In this document: positions 37,127 to 49,216 of the stretch, piece by piece | How positions within the stretch are numbered: position 1 is the first letter of the stretch | Layout: each line of letters opens with the position of its first letter | Assembly (NCBI GenBank): GCA_963735495.1 | Contig: CAVTLG010000003.1 | Coordinates: 32,080-96,079, forward strand | Direction of reading: 5' to 3' | Origin: an uncultured Chloroflexia bacterium | Lineage (GTDB): Bacteria; Chloroflexota; Ktedonobacteria; Ktedonobacterales; Ktedonobacteraceae | Length of the DNA stretch: 64,000 nt | The notes under the pieces: model-generated | Seen by the model: the letters and a program-made list of their open reading frames with translations, nothing else | The model's database searches: none | Told to the model about the DNA's origin: nothing | Translations under genes and position numbers: made by a program

Positions 37127-38260
37127 TCACAGGTGGGGACCGCGATTCGCTCGACTCCTACGTAGCAGGCTATCCAACACAACGGCGAGCAGAATCACAC
37201 CACCAGTAGCAAAGGTGGTCCAGTTAATACCTACGTTAAAGTATGCGAGACCACTGCTTACCACTTGTAGCAGAATGGAACCAAGCGCCGCACCGATAAT
37301 TGTTGCCTTCCCGCCTTTTAGGGAAGTACCTCCGATGACGGCGGAGGCTATCGCCAAAAGCTCATAGCCTGTACCAAGGTTGGGGTCTGCTGACCCAAAA
37401 TAGCCCAGCGTGAGTACTCCGGCCACTCCACCTAACGCACCCATCAACACGAAAGCGAGTAATCGAACCTGCCGTACTGGCAGACCACTAAATGTTGCCG
37501 CATCGGGATTCGATCCAATGGAGCGGACTCGATACCCAAACGGCGTCGCATACAGTACAACGGTGAAGAGCGCGACAAGCACAACCATCACCCACACGCT
37601 TGAGGGGATTCCCAGGAGATGACCACCCGCAAATTCAGCGAATGTGTCGGTCAAGGCCGGGCCGACGACCTGCGTGCCATTGCTCAACGCATAGGCAAGC
37701 CCACGATAGATAGACGCAGTAGCTAATGTTGCAACAATTGATGGCAGCCGAAACAATTGGATGATGAGTCCATTGACCAGACCCAGCGCCGCGCCGATCA
37801 AGATCCCCATAAAGGCACTGAGCCAGGTGGACATGCCTGTGTGTAGAAGCATGGCAGCACAAAGGCAGGTCAACCCATAGGTTGAACCTATAGATAAGTC
37901 CAGTTCGCGCATTGCCAGGAGAAACGCCATCCCACAAGCCAGGATAGCCACAAATGTAGCCTGATTAAGGATGTCTAGCAACTGACCGACAGCCAGGAAG
38001 CTGGGGTACACCGCACCAATACAGGCAACCAGTGCGATGATCGCAACAAGTACACCAATGTAGTCCTGCGAAACGACCGCGTGAGTAATGGAACGTAGAG
38101 ATAGGCCAGAGGCTCTTCCTTTGTTGCTAGTATACACCGTATCGGAGCTAGCACTGTCTATCTCAGTCGTCGCTACCGGTGACTGCGTACTTTCTGGCGA
38201 GGGCTGTTCATATGTTGGAGACGGGTCATCACCACGCGGATCGGGGAATTTCGCATCCAT
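37127..38260 (-). CDS. Sugar ABC transporter permease (RbsC/AraH-like)
   Basis: It is a polytopic membrane protein with GSNP.AA..SG and GGTSL.GG motifs. A GAAAGGA ribosome-binding site is present. Confidence 0.85.
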   Translation of the reverse strand: MDAKFPDPRGDDPSPTYEQPSPESTQSPVATTEIDSASSDTVYTSNKGRASGLSLRSITHAVVSQDYIGVLVAIIALVACIGAVYPSFLAVGQLLDILNQATFVAILACGMAFLLAMRELDLSIGSTYGLTCLCAAMLLHTGMSTWLSAFMGILIGAALGLVNGLIIQLFRLPSIVATLATASIYRGLAYALSNGTQVVGPALTDTFAEFAGGHLLGIPSSVWVMVVLVALFTVVLYATPFGYRVRSIGSNPDAATFSGLPVRQVRLLAFVLMGALGGVAGVLTLGYFGSADPNLGTGYELLAIASAVIGGTSLKGGKATIIGAALGSILLQVVSSGLAYFNVGINWTTFATGGVILLAVVLDSLLRRSRANRGPHL

Positions 38261-38732
38261 GAGTGCAGTCCTTTCATTTTATAAAAAATATTGTGGTTCG
38301 TGGAGGGCTCGAAGGATGATGCGCAAATACACTCTATGCAAGTTCCACAAAGCTGAGAGTTTGAAGGTGGGAAATTCTACAAGAGCGGGCTGCTTCGCCA
38401 CAACCACTGGTACTTTTGTCTCTACCATGGCTTGCCCCTTCCGCTACTCCCGTTGTTAGAATTGTTTGAAAGATGGTATCCACCATACATCCATGCTACG
38501 GGGCGGCAAGCGTCTTCTTCGTCCTCTTGGGTAAAACTGCTTCCGATTATAGCATGCAAAGAAATCTCAGTCAATTCTCCTATTTGGCTGCATCAGCGCA
38601 GTACCCCCAAAAGATGCAAAGTTCTTTTTTGCAGATAGCAATGTACCACGGGTCGCAAATGGAACACATGCTCTCACAAAAAAGCTATAATCTCTCATCA
38701 ATGGATGTATGTGTGTTCTATACAAAGAAAAA

Positions 38733-38855
38733 GGCTCTCCATCCTTCCGGGTGAAAACGTTGGGAAACAGGGTAGGGGCGTCACCTTGCGTGCGCCCTGG
38801 GGGCCGGTCGCAAGGACACGCCCCTACCCTGTTTCACCCTAATGGATGGAGAGCC
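38733..38855. repeat. MITE/REP-like element, copy E (best-preserved full-length copy)
   Basis: Perfect 12-bp terminal inverted repeats are GGCTCTCCATCC / GGATGGAGAGCC. The core is GGGTAGGGGCGTCACCTTGCGTGCGCCCTGGGGGCCGGTCGCAAGGACACGCCCCTACCC. Confidence 0.8.
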
Positions 38856-39450
38856 TATCGGGCTGTTTGATATATCGGGTGAAGATATGCAAATGCTGAA
38901 CACTAGTGTTGCCTTGAAACGCTATATACGCCATGCTCATGGCATTATTTTTCTGTTCGATCCAGCCACTTTTCCCAATGTGCAATACCAGATTAACCAT
39001 GAAAGTAAGTCAGGCTCCTCTACTACTATCCCACCTGACAATAGTGTGTTAGCCTTAAGAAGTCTCTTTGAGGCAGAGCGATTGGTGCGTACGACAGAAA
39101 AGGTAAAAACACCCATCGCATTTACGCTCTCAAAGGTAGATACGATACAATCGCTGCTTGATCCTGCTTCTCCATTACGCAGGCCTGGCTTATACCACAG
39201 CGACATAGAACAAGAACAATTGCAATCCTTGAGTACCGAAGCGCTGAGTCTCTTCAATGCCTGGAGTAATCCAAATTTTGGCAATCTGGTAAACAGCGAA
39301 TTTGCTACCTATGCGTATTTTGGTGTATCGGCTCTGGGAAGACAAGCTGACGAGAATAATCAACTCGCTGCAATTAGTCCCCTGCACGTTGAGGACCCAT
39401 TTCTCTGGCTTCTCTTACAACTCAAGGTACTGAAAAAAGACAAACGTTGA
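38842..39450 (+). pseudogene. N-terminally truncated TRAFAC-type GTPase-like fragment (P-loop missing)
   Basis: G3-like DISGED, G4-like SKVD and G5-like VSALG motifs are present, but no Walker A. The first codons (MDGEP) are MITE sequence. Confidence 0.45.
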
Positions 39451-39593
39451 TCATAGCAGGAGGATGAGTCTATGCCAACAATGGTCTTAGTACGAGGGAT
39501 ATCAGAAATACTTAATGAGCGTGGGGCTGAGGTTGGATAGACATTTCCATCTGAGGAGAGCACCTGATTTCAGAAATGGAGTTGTTGAGTATG

Positions 39594-39629
39594 AAAAAGC
39601 CAACGGCCTGCTTATAACAGAACGTTGGC
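39594..39629 (-). terminator. Rho-independent terminator of tRNA-Asp copy 2
   Basis: The stem GCCAACG/CGTTGGC is followed on the minus strand by TTTTTC. Confidence 0.5.
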
Positions 39630-39634
39630 AAGAG

Positions 39635-39708
39635 CGGAACCGACGGGATTCGAACCCGCGATCTTCTGCGTGACAGGCAGACATGTTAGGCCACTACACC
39701 ACGGCTCC
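39635..39708 (-). tRNA. tRNA-Asp (GTC), copy 2, identical to copy 1
   Basis: The 74 nt are identical to 5366..5439. Confidence 0.9.
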
Positions 39709-39757
39709 TGATGCTTGCTCGCTGCGCTCAAAAACGAAACACAGCTTACGAGATAGG

Positions 39758-39786
39758 ATCATACCAGACCGACCACGCCCTGTCAA
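39758..39786 (-). promoter_or_regulatory. Sigma-70-type promoter for tRNA-Asp copy 2
   Basis: The minus strand reads TTGACA, a 17-nt spacer, then TATGAT. Confidence 0.55.
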
Positions 39787-39917
39787 CCTTTTCTCGATAC
39801 AATTCCCGCCTGGTTCGCGTTTCTCCTTCCAATTGAATTGGTGTCCAGGCTAAATGCTAGCCAGAAGAAACTCGCCAGAGAAGGAAGAGGGAAACGTACA
39901 AACATTCATCCTTCCGG

Positions 39918-41592
39918 CTAGTTGTCGTGCGGCACTGAAGAAGCCCGGCTGTTCTTCTTTGGTGAAACCTCAACAGGGATAACACGAAACGTTTTTATTT
40001 CAAAAGGTTTTACTGCAAAGGAAAACCTGTTCTCTTGCACCGAAACATCCGCTAAAGGCTGCTCCAGCAGATTACAAGCCTGTACAGAGCGTAGAGCGGT
40101 TGCAAAGCTGAGTGTTCCGCCGCCGCGCCGATTATGTGCTTCGTAAAGACGCACAATCCATCCGTTGCCATCTTCAGCAGGTTTTACCGTCTCTACGACA
40201 ACATGAGGACAATCGGTTTGTACGAATGGCACGAGAGCATTGGCGGGAGACGAGATTGTTTGTGCCTGACCAGGAAGAGAGACAAGCGGAACATTGAGTT
40301 CATAGGCATGTCGTACCGTTTGTGCCTCACGCCAGTCGCCGAGGTGCGGCAAGAGGCTATAGATAAAACGATGCAAGCCCTGATCGGCCTGTGCATCAGG
40401 GTCCACGCCAGATTTCAGCAGAGTGAGGCGCATCACGTTATCATGCACATCGTAGCCATACTTGCTATCGTTGAGCAGACTTACACCATAGCCTCCTTCG
40501 CTCAGATCAGCCCAACGATGTGCGCAGACCTCGAAACGCGCCAGGTCCCACGAGGTGTTCCGATGCGTCGGACGCTCAACACTGCCAAACTGGATTTCAT
40601 AGGTTGCACGCGTACTGTTGATCGCCAGGGGAAATGCTGTCTTCAAGAGTGTCTGATGTTCATGCCAATCGATCTCTGTGGCGATATCAATGCGCGGTGA
40701 GTGACGCCAGATTGAGAGACGTTGCGTAATGCGCGACGAGAGGTAGAGCCGGGTGATCTCGACCGTAGCGCGTACCGGTCCCTCTTCAAGGATACGTAGC
40801 TTGGCCGCGTCATACAGAGGATAGGCTTTCTCTTCATAAAAGAGATCAATATCCCAGGCATCAAAATCTAATGGACGGTCCTCATAGGCAATCAGCTGAT
40901 TGCCCACTTGCTCAGGCGCAAGCACATCCCGCATGGCTCGCTTATCGTAGAGCCGACTGATGTTCCCATCGGCGTTGAGCCAGAGATCGTAATACTCGTT
41001 CTGAAGTAAAATTGTGGCGTTATCCTGGCAGAGCGCGCGGCAGTTTGCTGTTCGCCTGTTTGTTGCGCGCCTGTGATGTATATGTGCCCCGATGATATTC
41101 CAGATAGAGTTCACCAACCCAGGTGGGCAGGCGAGTATTCTTCCAGACACGCGCATAGAGTTCCGTAAAGAATGCTTCGGCTCGACCAGATTGCACCAGG
41201 GGAAAGCCGGGCAGATCGGCCATAATTTGTACGCGTTCCAGTTGCTCCTCGGTTGGTCCGCCACCACCATCGCCCCATCCAGCGAGGTAAAGCAAATGAT
41301 CATTGATGTCCTGCTGACGATAGTTGTGCCACGTGCCGATCATATCTGCTGGACGCAGAGGGCCATTATAGGTATAGGAATGCGAATCCACAGACTCATC
41401 GGGTGCCGTGATGAAGTGCGTCAACACCTCGCTACCGTCGATGCCGCGCCAGCGGAAGGTATCACAGGGCATGCGGTTAAATTGATTCCAGCTAATCTTA
41501 GTGGTCATGAACACAGGGATATTACAGCCGCACATAATCTGAGAGAGTGTTTGGCATGCGCACACTTTTTGCGAAGAGCGAGCTGAAATCAA
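39918..41592 (-). pseudogene. GH38 alpha-mannosidase remnant (N-terminally truncated, frameshifted, apparent internal deletion)
   Basis: The two overlapping ORFs are 41020..41592 and 39918..41303. The first reads KISWNQFNRMPCDTFRWRGIDGSEVLTHF...GWGDGGGGPT...EYHRGTYTSQARNK. The second reads NEYYDLWLNADGNISRLYDK...DFDAWDIDLFYEEK... The N-terminal catalytic region is absent. Confidence 0.7.
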
Positions 41593-41609
41593 ACACTCTC
41601 TCAGAAGGT

Positions 41610-42893
41610 CTATTCCTTCAGAAACAGCTCAACGACGGGGACCAGCACATCTGGCCGCTGAATGGGCAGATTGAGCCTGAGCGTGGTCGCGCCCTGTGAA
41701 TCGCCCTCAACGGTGCCTGCCTCCATGTGTATCTCAGATCCGTCATGCAGCAATTGAGCATACTCCACGCGGCCAACAAAGTTATCCAGATAGACCGCTT
41801 CCATGGGCCAGGCGAAAATGTGCAGGTAGAGACGGTTGCCACGCTGCGTGAAACGACAGTCCGGCGGAGCCGTAAACTCGCTCTGCGTCGCGCCATAGAT
41901 AGAGCGGGCATGCAGCCGCATCCATGCACCAAGAGCATGCAGTGTCGTAACCGCTCTGGGATCAAATTCGCCACGGGCAGTCGGGCCAACATTGAGCAGC
42001 AGATTGCCACCCTTGGAAACGGTATCTATCAGCATACGCAGGAGCAGATCCGGCGCTTTCCAGTTCAGGTTATCGCGATCATAGCCCCAACTACCGTTGA
42101 GTGTCTGACACGCCTCCCACACCACACGTTCGCCATTGATTTCTACCCAGTTGCGCGGCTGCTCCTGTTCCGGGGTATAGAAATCGGGATCGACCTCGGT
42201 GCGGTTATTGATCAGAATAGCCGGCTGCAACTCGCGCGCCATGTGCAGCAATTTCTCGGATTGCCAATCCTCTTTACCTTTGCCTTTTGACCAGCCCCAA
42301 CTCTGATCCGTATAGGAAAAGTCAAACCAGAGGATATCGATCTGGCCATAGTTGGTGAGTAGTTCACGCACCTGTCCGTGCAGATACGCGGCATACTTGC
42401 CTATATCCCGCTGTTTTGCTTGCTCCCGAAACTCCAGATCTTCACGCTGTGGGTACAACCCATCGACGGGAAATTCTGGATGATGCCAGTCAATCAGTGA
42501 ATGATAGAAACCAACCTTCAGGCCCTCGGCGCGGAATGCCTCAACCCACTCGCGGAGCAGATCACGACCGGCAGGCGTATTAGTGGCCTTGTAGTCGGTC
42601 AATCGCGAGTCCCAGAGGCAAAAACCATCGTGGTGCTTCGTGGTGATAACAGCATAGCGCATGCCCGCGCGTTTCGCGATACGCGCCCAGGTAACGGGAT
42701 CGTAGAGATCAGGATCGAAGTGATCAAAATAGCGCTGATAGTGCTCATCAGTCAACTGCTCACGATTCTTTACCCATTCATGCCTGGCTGGCAGAGCATA
42801 AATCCCCCAGTGAATGAAGAGCCCAAAGCGGTCTTGGATGAACCATGCACGTCGCTGTTCTACCGCATGTTGCGCAGGTTGTGTTTGTGCCAT
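41610..42893 (-). CDS. Alpha-L-fucosidase (GH29)
   Basis: Motifs are RFGLFIHWGIYALPA, YAVITTKHHDGFCLWDS and IDILWFDF. Confidence 0.85.
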   Translation of the reverse strand: MAQTQPAQHAVEQRRAWFIQDRFGLFIHWGIYALPARHEWVKNREQLTDEHYQRYFDHFDPDLYDPVTWARIAKRAGMRYAVITTKHHDGFCLWDSRLTDYKATNTPAGRDLLREWVEAFRAEGLKVGFYHSLIDWHHPEFPVDGLYPQREDLEFREQAKQRDIGKYAAYLHGQVRELLTNYGQIDILWFDFSYTDQSWGWSKGKGKEDWQSEKLLHMARELQPAILINNRTEVDPDFYTPEQEQPRNWVEINGERVVWEACQTLNGSWGYDRDNLNWKAPDLLLRMLIDTVSKGGNLLLNVGPTARGEFDPRAVTTLHALGAWMRLHARSIYGATQSEFTAPPDCRFTQRGNRLYLHIFAWPMEAVYLDNFVGRVEYAQLLHDGSEIHMEAGTVEGDSQGATTLRLNLPIQRPDVLVPVVELFLKE

Positions 42894-43041
42894 GAGAACT
42901 TTTTAACCTCCATACCCATTATTTCATAGAGTACCCGCTCAGATAAGCGAAGACGCCCTCAGTAACTCTTCAGGTCGACGAGGGTATAATTGCGTAGGGA
43001 CAAGCCCTTGCGGTTGTCCACGGTGGGCCGCTGCAGGGGTC

Positions 43042-43100
43042 GCCAAGACCTTTTTTGCCAGTTCCAACGCGAAAGACCAGCCACCAAAAAAGGTCTTGGC
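43042..43100 (-). terminator. Hairpin between the kinase and fucosidase genes
   Basis: A 15-bp stem GCCAAGACCTTTTTT/AAAAAAGGTCTTGGC has a 29-nt loop. Confidence 0.3.
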
Positions 43101-43145
43101 TCGGCCCCTACGCGAGGTCCTGTGGCTCCTGAATAGTTACCGCCC

Positions 43146-44171
43146 TCAACGTATTGGCCTTGTCTCAAACAGAGCCGCATCTGGAATAGTCGGCACCAGC
43201 CGCTCCAGCAACGCCTCATCAATGCTTACACTAGCCATCTCCAGAGCGCCGAAGAGGAGACCAACTACCGGCTCAAAGCGCGAGCGTACAGGTTGCGCAT
43301 GGGGTGAGGTTGTACGCACACGTTCAACAATCGCATCCCCTAACAGGGATGACGGATGCCTCAACACGCCGCCGGCTAGCACAACTGGAAACGCTGTCCC
43401 CTCGATGCCGACACGCCGCGCCGCGACAACAGCGATATTGCCTAGCGCCTGCCCCTGCTGCATCACAATGCGTCGTGCCACCTCGTCGCCCGCCTCTGCT
43501 TCATCCAGCAGGATTGGCGTCAGTCCCCCGATATGCCGATGGGCACGTGTTGCACGGTGCGTACGACCTGTCCAGTAATGGAGAACCTCCTCGACGCTGC
43601 TCATAGCAAAATATGCCAGAACACGCGCAGTAAGCGTGGTCGGTTGCTCAATTCCTAGCGCTGAGTAGTAAACGGCATCCAACGTCTTCTCGCCCAGTTG
43701 AATACTCCCACGCGCATCCAGTTGCCAGAAGCTGCTATGCCAGACCTGTCCATCCGGTCCACGCGCTCCCGTAGCCGATCCAGTACCACAGACGATAGAG
43801 ACGCCGATATTCTTTACCGTGCCAGCATGCAGCACGCCCAGCGCATCATTCTGTAGCAGCAGCTTGCGGCCAAACCCGCGTGCCTCTATGCCCGCCTGTA
43901 ACACAGCAAAATCTTCCTGCCAGTCAGCACCAGCCATACCAAATGCGCCAACCGCGAGATCGCTCGGCTGCGCCTGCGCAAGCTGCAACGCGTCGCCAAC
44001 AGCACACTCGATGTTACCAAATGCAGCCTCCTCCGATGTTTTTCCAGCAGCACGAGCACCGTAGATATCACCACAACCAGCTCGTCCCGATCCCACAATC
44101 CTCCCATCCAGGGTAGCTACCAGCGCGATGGTTTTTGTATTGCCACCATCAACAGCCAGCACACACTTCAT
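43146..44171 (-). CDS. BadF/BadG/BcrA/BcrD-type ATPase, N-acetylglucosamine kinase-like
   Basis: VLAVDGGNTKTIALV is the ASKHA phosphate-1 motif; VCGTGS is also present. Confidence 0.75.
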   Translation of the reverse strand: MKCVLAVDGGNTKTIALVATLDGRIVGSGRAGCGDIYGARAAGKTSEEAAFGNIECAVGDALQLAQAQPSDLAVGAFGMAGADWQEDFAVLQAGIEARGFGRKLLLQNDALGVLHAGTVKNIGVSIVCGTGSATGARGPDGQVWHSSFWQLDARGSIQLGEKTLDAVYYSALGIEQPTTLTARVLAYFAMSSVEEVLHYWTGRTHRATRAHRHIGGLTPILLDEAEAGDEVARRIVMQQGQALGNIAVVAARRVGIEGTAFPVVLAGGVLRHPSSLLGDAIVERVRTTSPHAQPVRSRFEPVVGLLFGALEMASVSIDEALLERLVPTIPDAALFETRPIR

Positions 44172-44216
44172 ATGATACATCTCCCGCTGTGCCATTTTTC
44201 TGACGCAGCATCCTCT

Positions 44217-45515
44217 CTAACGCAAGAGACGCTCAGGTAGATAGTCCCGGTGTGCCGCTGCCATTTCGTCATATAATGCTTCTGCTTTAGAGGGCGAGAA
44301 GACCAGTGGATGGCTGGCCATGGCGCGGATAGCATCCTTACGCGTCCCACTCCAGGCGGCCTCAGCAGTCAATGCCTGATATGCACCAAGCGTCTGTACC
44401 AGCCCTCGTATCTGCTGCGGCAGGTGTCCCTGTTGGAGTGGAACAATGCCATTATGATCAACGTAGCCAGTCAGTTCGACGACCAGGTCGTCAGGGAAAT
44501 CCGCGATAGCCCCTTGATTGGGCACATTGACGTACCAGACCTCTTTGCGGTCATTATAGATTGCGTCCATGACGTCTACCGCCAGTTCCAGTTCATTGAT
44601 CCCACCACGCGAGCGCGCGGGATCAAGCTCGGGACTGTCTTTCTCTGCCTGCTCACGATAATGTCGCCAGTAGTCATCGACGTGCGCCATGATATCCTGC
44701 GCCCGCGTGGTTGGTTTGGCCTGGAGGCTCGCCAGAAGCTCATCTTTAAAATAGTAGTACTGGAAGTAGGAGTTCGGCAGTGCTCCCATCAGGCAAGCCA
44801 GTTCCAGCATACGCTGGTCGTGGAGCGATAGTGTGCCATCCTTGCGCTTGCGCTCGTAGGCAGCTTGCAGCAAGGGCATGAAATCCTGCCCTTCGTAGCG
44901 ATTGCGCACAGACCAGGAGCCATGATTTAAGCCAAAAAACGAGGTCTCGACCTTAGCAGGATCAAGGTCGGCCTGTCGCGCATACCACTGGGCATCAAAA
45001 ATCGGTCCCTCACATAAGGAAACAGTCGGAATAGCAGCATGATGTGTGACAGCCTCAGAGACGATGTTAATGGGATTGGTATAATTGAAGAGACGAGCGT
45101 TGGGACAGGCCAACTCCATATCTTCGATGACGCCCTTCATGACGTGAATAGAGCGCAAAGCCATAAAGAAGCCGCCCGGTCCCTGTGTCTCCTGCCCTAT
45201 CATTCCATGTTTTAGTGGTATACGCTCATCATTGTAACGCGCCTCAAAGCCACCTGGTCGGTAACTCGTCAGCACCGCATCACAGTCCTTCAGCCCCTCA
45301 CGTCGGTTGGTAGTAATCGAGACGCGCAGATCCAGTCCTCTTGCCCGTGCCATCTTCTGGGCGAGCGTCTGTACCAGTTTCAAGCGCTCCTCATTCAGGT
45401 CAATCAATACGACTTCTGAGCCGCTGAAATGCTCTCCCTGCTGAATAATTGAGGCCATGGTGCCAGCACCACGCGTGCTACCACCACCAACATACGCCAG
45501 TTTGATACGTGCCAT
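44217..45515 (-). CDS. Glycoside hydrolase family 4 (NAD/Mn-dependent glycosidase)
   Basis: The N-terminal Rossmann motif is IKLAYVGGGSTRG. Also present are SLCEGP, NHGSW and FNYTNP. Confidence 0.75.
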   Translation of the reverse strand: MARIKLAYVGGGSTRGAGTMASIIQQGEHFSGSEVVLIDLNEERLKLVQTLAQKMARARGLDLRVSITTNRREGLKDCDAVLTSYRPGGFEARYNDERIPLKHGMIGQETQGPGGFFMALRSIHVMKGVIEDMELACPNARLFNYTNPINIVSEAVTHHAAIPTVSLCEGPIFDAQWYARQADLDPAKVETSFFGLNHGSWSVRNRYEGQDFMPLLQAAYERKRKDGTLSLHDQRMLELACLMGALPNSYFQYYYFKDELLASLQAKPTTRAQDIMAHVDDYWRHYREQAEKDSPELDPARSRGGINELELAVDVMDAIYNDRKEVWYVNVPNQGAIADFPDDLVVELTGYVDHNGIVPLQQGHLPQQIRGLVQTLGAYQALTAEAAWSGTRKDAIRAMASHPLVFSPSKAEALYDEMAAAHRDYLPERLLR

Positions 45516-45667
45516 AAAAAGTCTCTTTCCTATCCAGACACCATCGCGAGATGGCCTAAAACAATACGACCAGATTAATGTATCACATACCAACAGCTTA
45601 ACGCAGCGCAAAATATGTTTCTCGTATGTTTTGAGAACAAGATTGTTGAATGGAGCGCAAAAAAACG

Positions 45668-47781
<2,114 letters not shown>

Positions 47782-47925
47782 AATGAGGGAAAATTGCTAG
47801 GTGATTTGCCGAGCAAGCCGATTGGGAAAAGGAGTGGAATCTATCATCCCCGCATCTTTCCGTTTAGAGCAGCAATAGAGCTTATCCCCAAATCTAGCAT
47901 TTTGCCAGTCTTAGCATTAGGACTA

Positions 47926-47959
47926 GAAAAAACACACCGACGATATATTGTCGATGTGT
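47926..47959 (-). terminator. Rho-independent terminator of tRNA-Asp copy 3
   Basis: An imperfect 14-bp stem (ACACATCGACAATAT/ATATCGTCGGTGTGT on the minus strand) is followed by TTTTTTC. Confidence 0.55.
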
Positions 47960-47979
47960 CCCACTTGGTAGAGTTCAGA

Positions 47980-48053
47980 CGGAACCGACGGGATTCGAAC
48001 CCGCGATCTTCTGCGTGACAGGCAGACATGTTAGGCCACTACACCACGGCTCC
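47980..48053 (-). tRNA. tRNA-Asp (GTC), copy 3, identical to copies 1 and 2
   Basis: The 74 nt are identical to 5366..5439. Confidence 0.9.
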
Positions 48054-48089
48054 CGGTGATGCTTTTGTTAGCATACCTTATGGAAGTGG

Positions 48090-48118
48090 ATAATAACAGG
48101 CTTCGCTAACCCTGTCAA
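48090..48118 (-). promoter_or_regulatory. Sigma-70-type promoter for tRNA-Asp copy 3
   Basis: The minus strand reads TTGACA, a 17-nt spacer, then TATTAT. Confidence 0.5.
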
Positions 48119-48230
48119 GCCTTTCTCCCCGGCTAAAGCCTTGAGCCTGATTTATTTGTATCATTTCTGCTGTTTCAGGCATAAAGATAATCAATCTGAG
48201 AAAATAGCCATAAGACAGGGAACTATGCAC

Positions 48231-48746
48231 CTATGATCGGGCAACGAGACCAGATGCCTCAAATTCAGAGGTAATCCGCTCAATTACCATGACTGGCTGT
48301 GATAAGATCATCGCAATCTGTTCAATACTGTGCGTACCGTCAGCGAGAAAATACACGGAACGTTTCAGATCCGACCAGGTGCGAGTTTGAGACGCAGAAG
48401 CGGTAAAGCGCCGCGAAACGAAGCGTCCTTTTTTCTCCACTGGCTTTGCCAGCGGTACTGCGGGTGGAACAACTGCATTTGAAGTAGTAGGAGCAGCGGA
48501 AGAGGCAAGCTTCCAATCTAATATCCCGAACTTGGGAAGCAAACGTTGAGCCTCCGGGCCGTGATACAACTTCCGCCCACTTTTATCGAAAATGAAACAA
48601 GACATGATATTGCCATCTTGCACTAACAAGACGACACGACCACCTCCTCTCAACGCCGGTTGAGAAGACACAACGGCGTTGAATTCTCCTGAGTATTTTA
48701 ACTGCTGCAGAACCTGGACGATCATTCCATATGCAAGGCTATACAT
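48231..48746 (-). CDS. Hypothetical protein (possibly DUF4388-like)
   Basis: A GGAGGAG lies upstream of the ATG. The N-terminal pattern VLQQLKYSGEFNAVV...VVLLVQDGNIMSCF...G.EA..LL weakly recalls DUF4388. Confidence 0.5.
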   Translation of the reverse strand: MYSLAYGMIVQVLQQLKYSGEFNAVVSSQPALRGGGRVVLLVQDGNIMSCFIFDKSGRKLYHGPEAQRLLPKFGILDWKLASSAAPTTSNAVVPPAVPLAKPVEKKGRFVSRRFTASASQTRTWSDLKRSVYFLADGTHSIEQIAMILSQPVMVIERITSEFEASGLVARS

Positions 48747-49216
48747 AACACACTATTCTCCTCCAAATGCGCTAGAGGTACCGTCATTGGCAAATATTTA
48801 TGCTAGATTGAGCGAGAACACCTATACCTTGCGAGGCTGCAATTGCAGCCTCGAAGAGAGCACGCGCTTCTCCGTTCCTGGTTGTATATGCTCGCATAGA
48901 AAAGTGGTCGATTGCTTACGCGAGTGTAAATTACCATACAAAATAAATCAATTAAAAATTAATTAAGATATTTAAAAAAATCTCTGTTAACTTCAAAAAT
49001 ACAGAATTACTCACAGAGTGGCATGATGCCGGAACGGCCATACCCTATCAACCTTTCAGCATACCAAACTGCGCCGGTTTCGCGTTTCTCCTTAACATAG
49101 TGACACTCTTTTTTGTGCAAGATGCAACGCGCTCTTTTTGTAGTAATGTCGAGTATAATATTGAGAGAAGGTTCGTTTACATCGCTCTATATATAGCATT
49201 CAAGCGGGAGGCGTCT

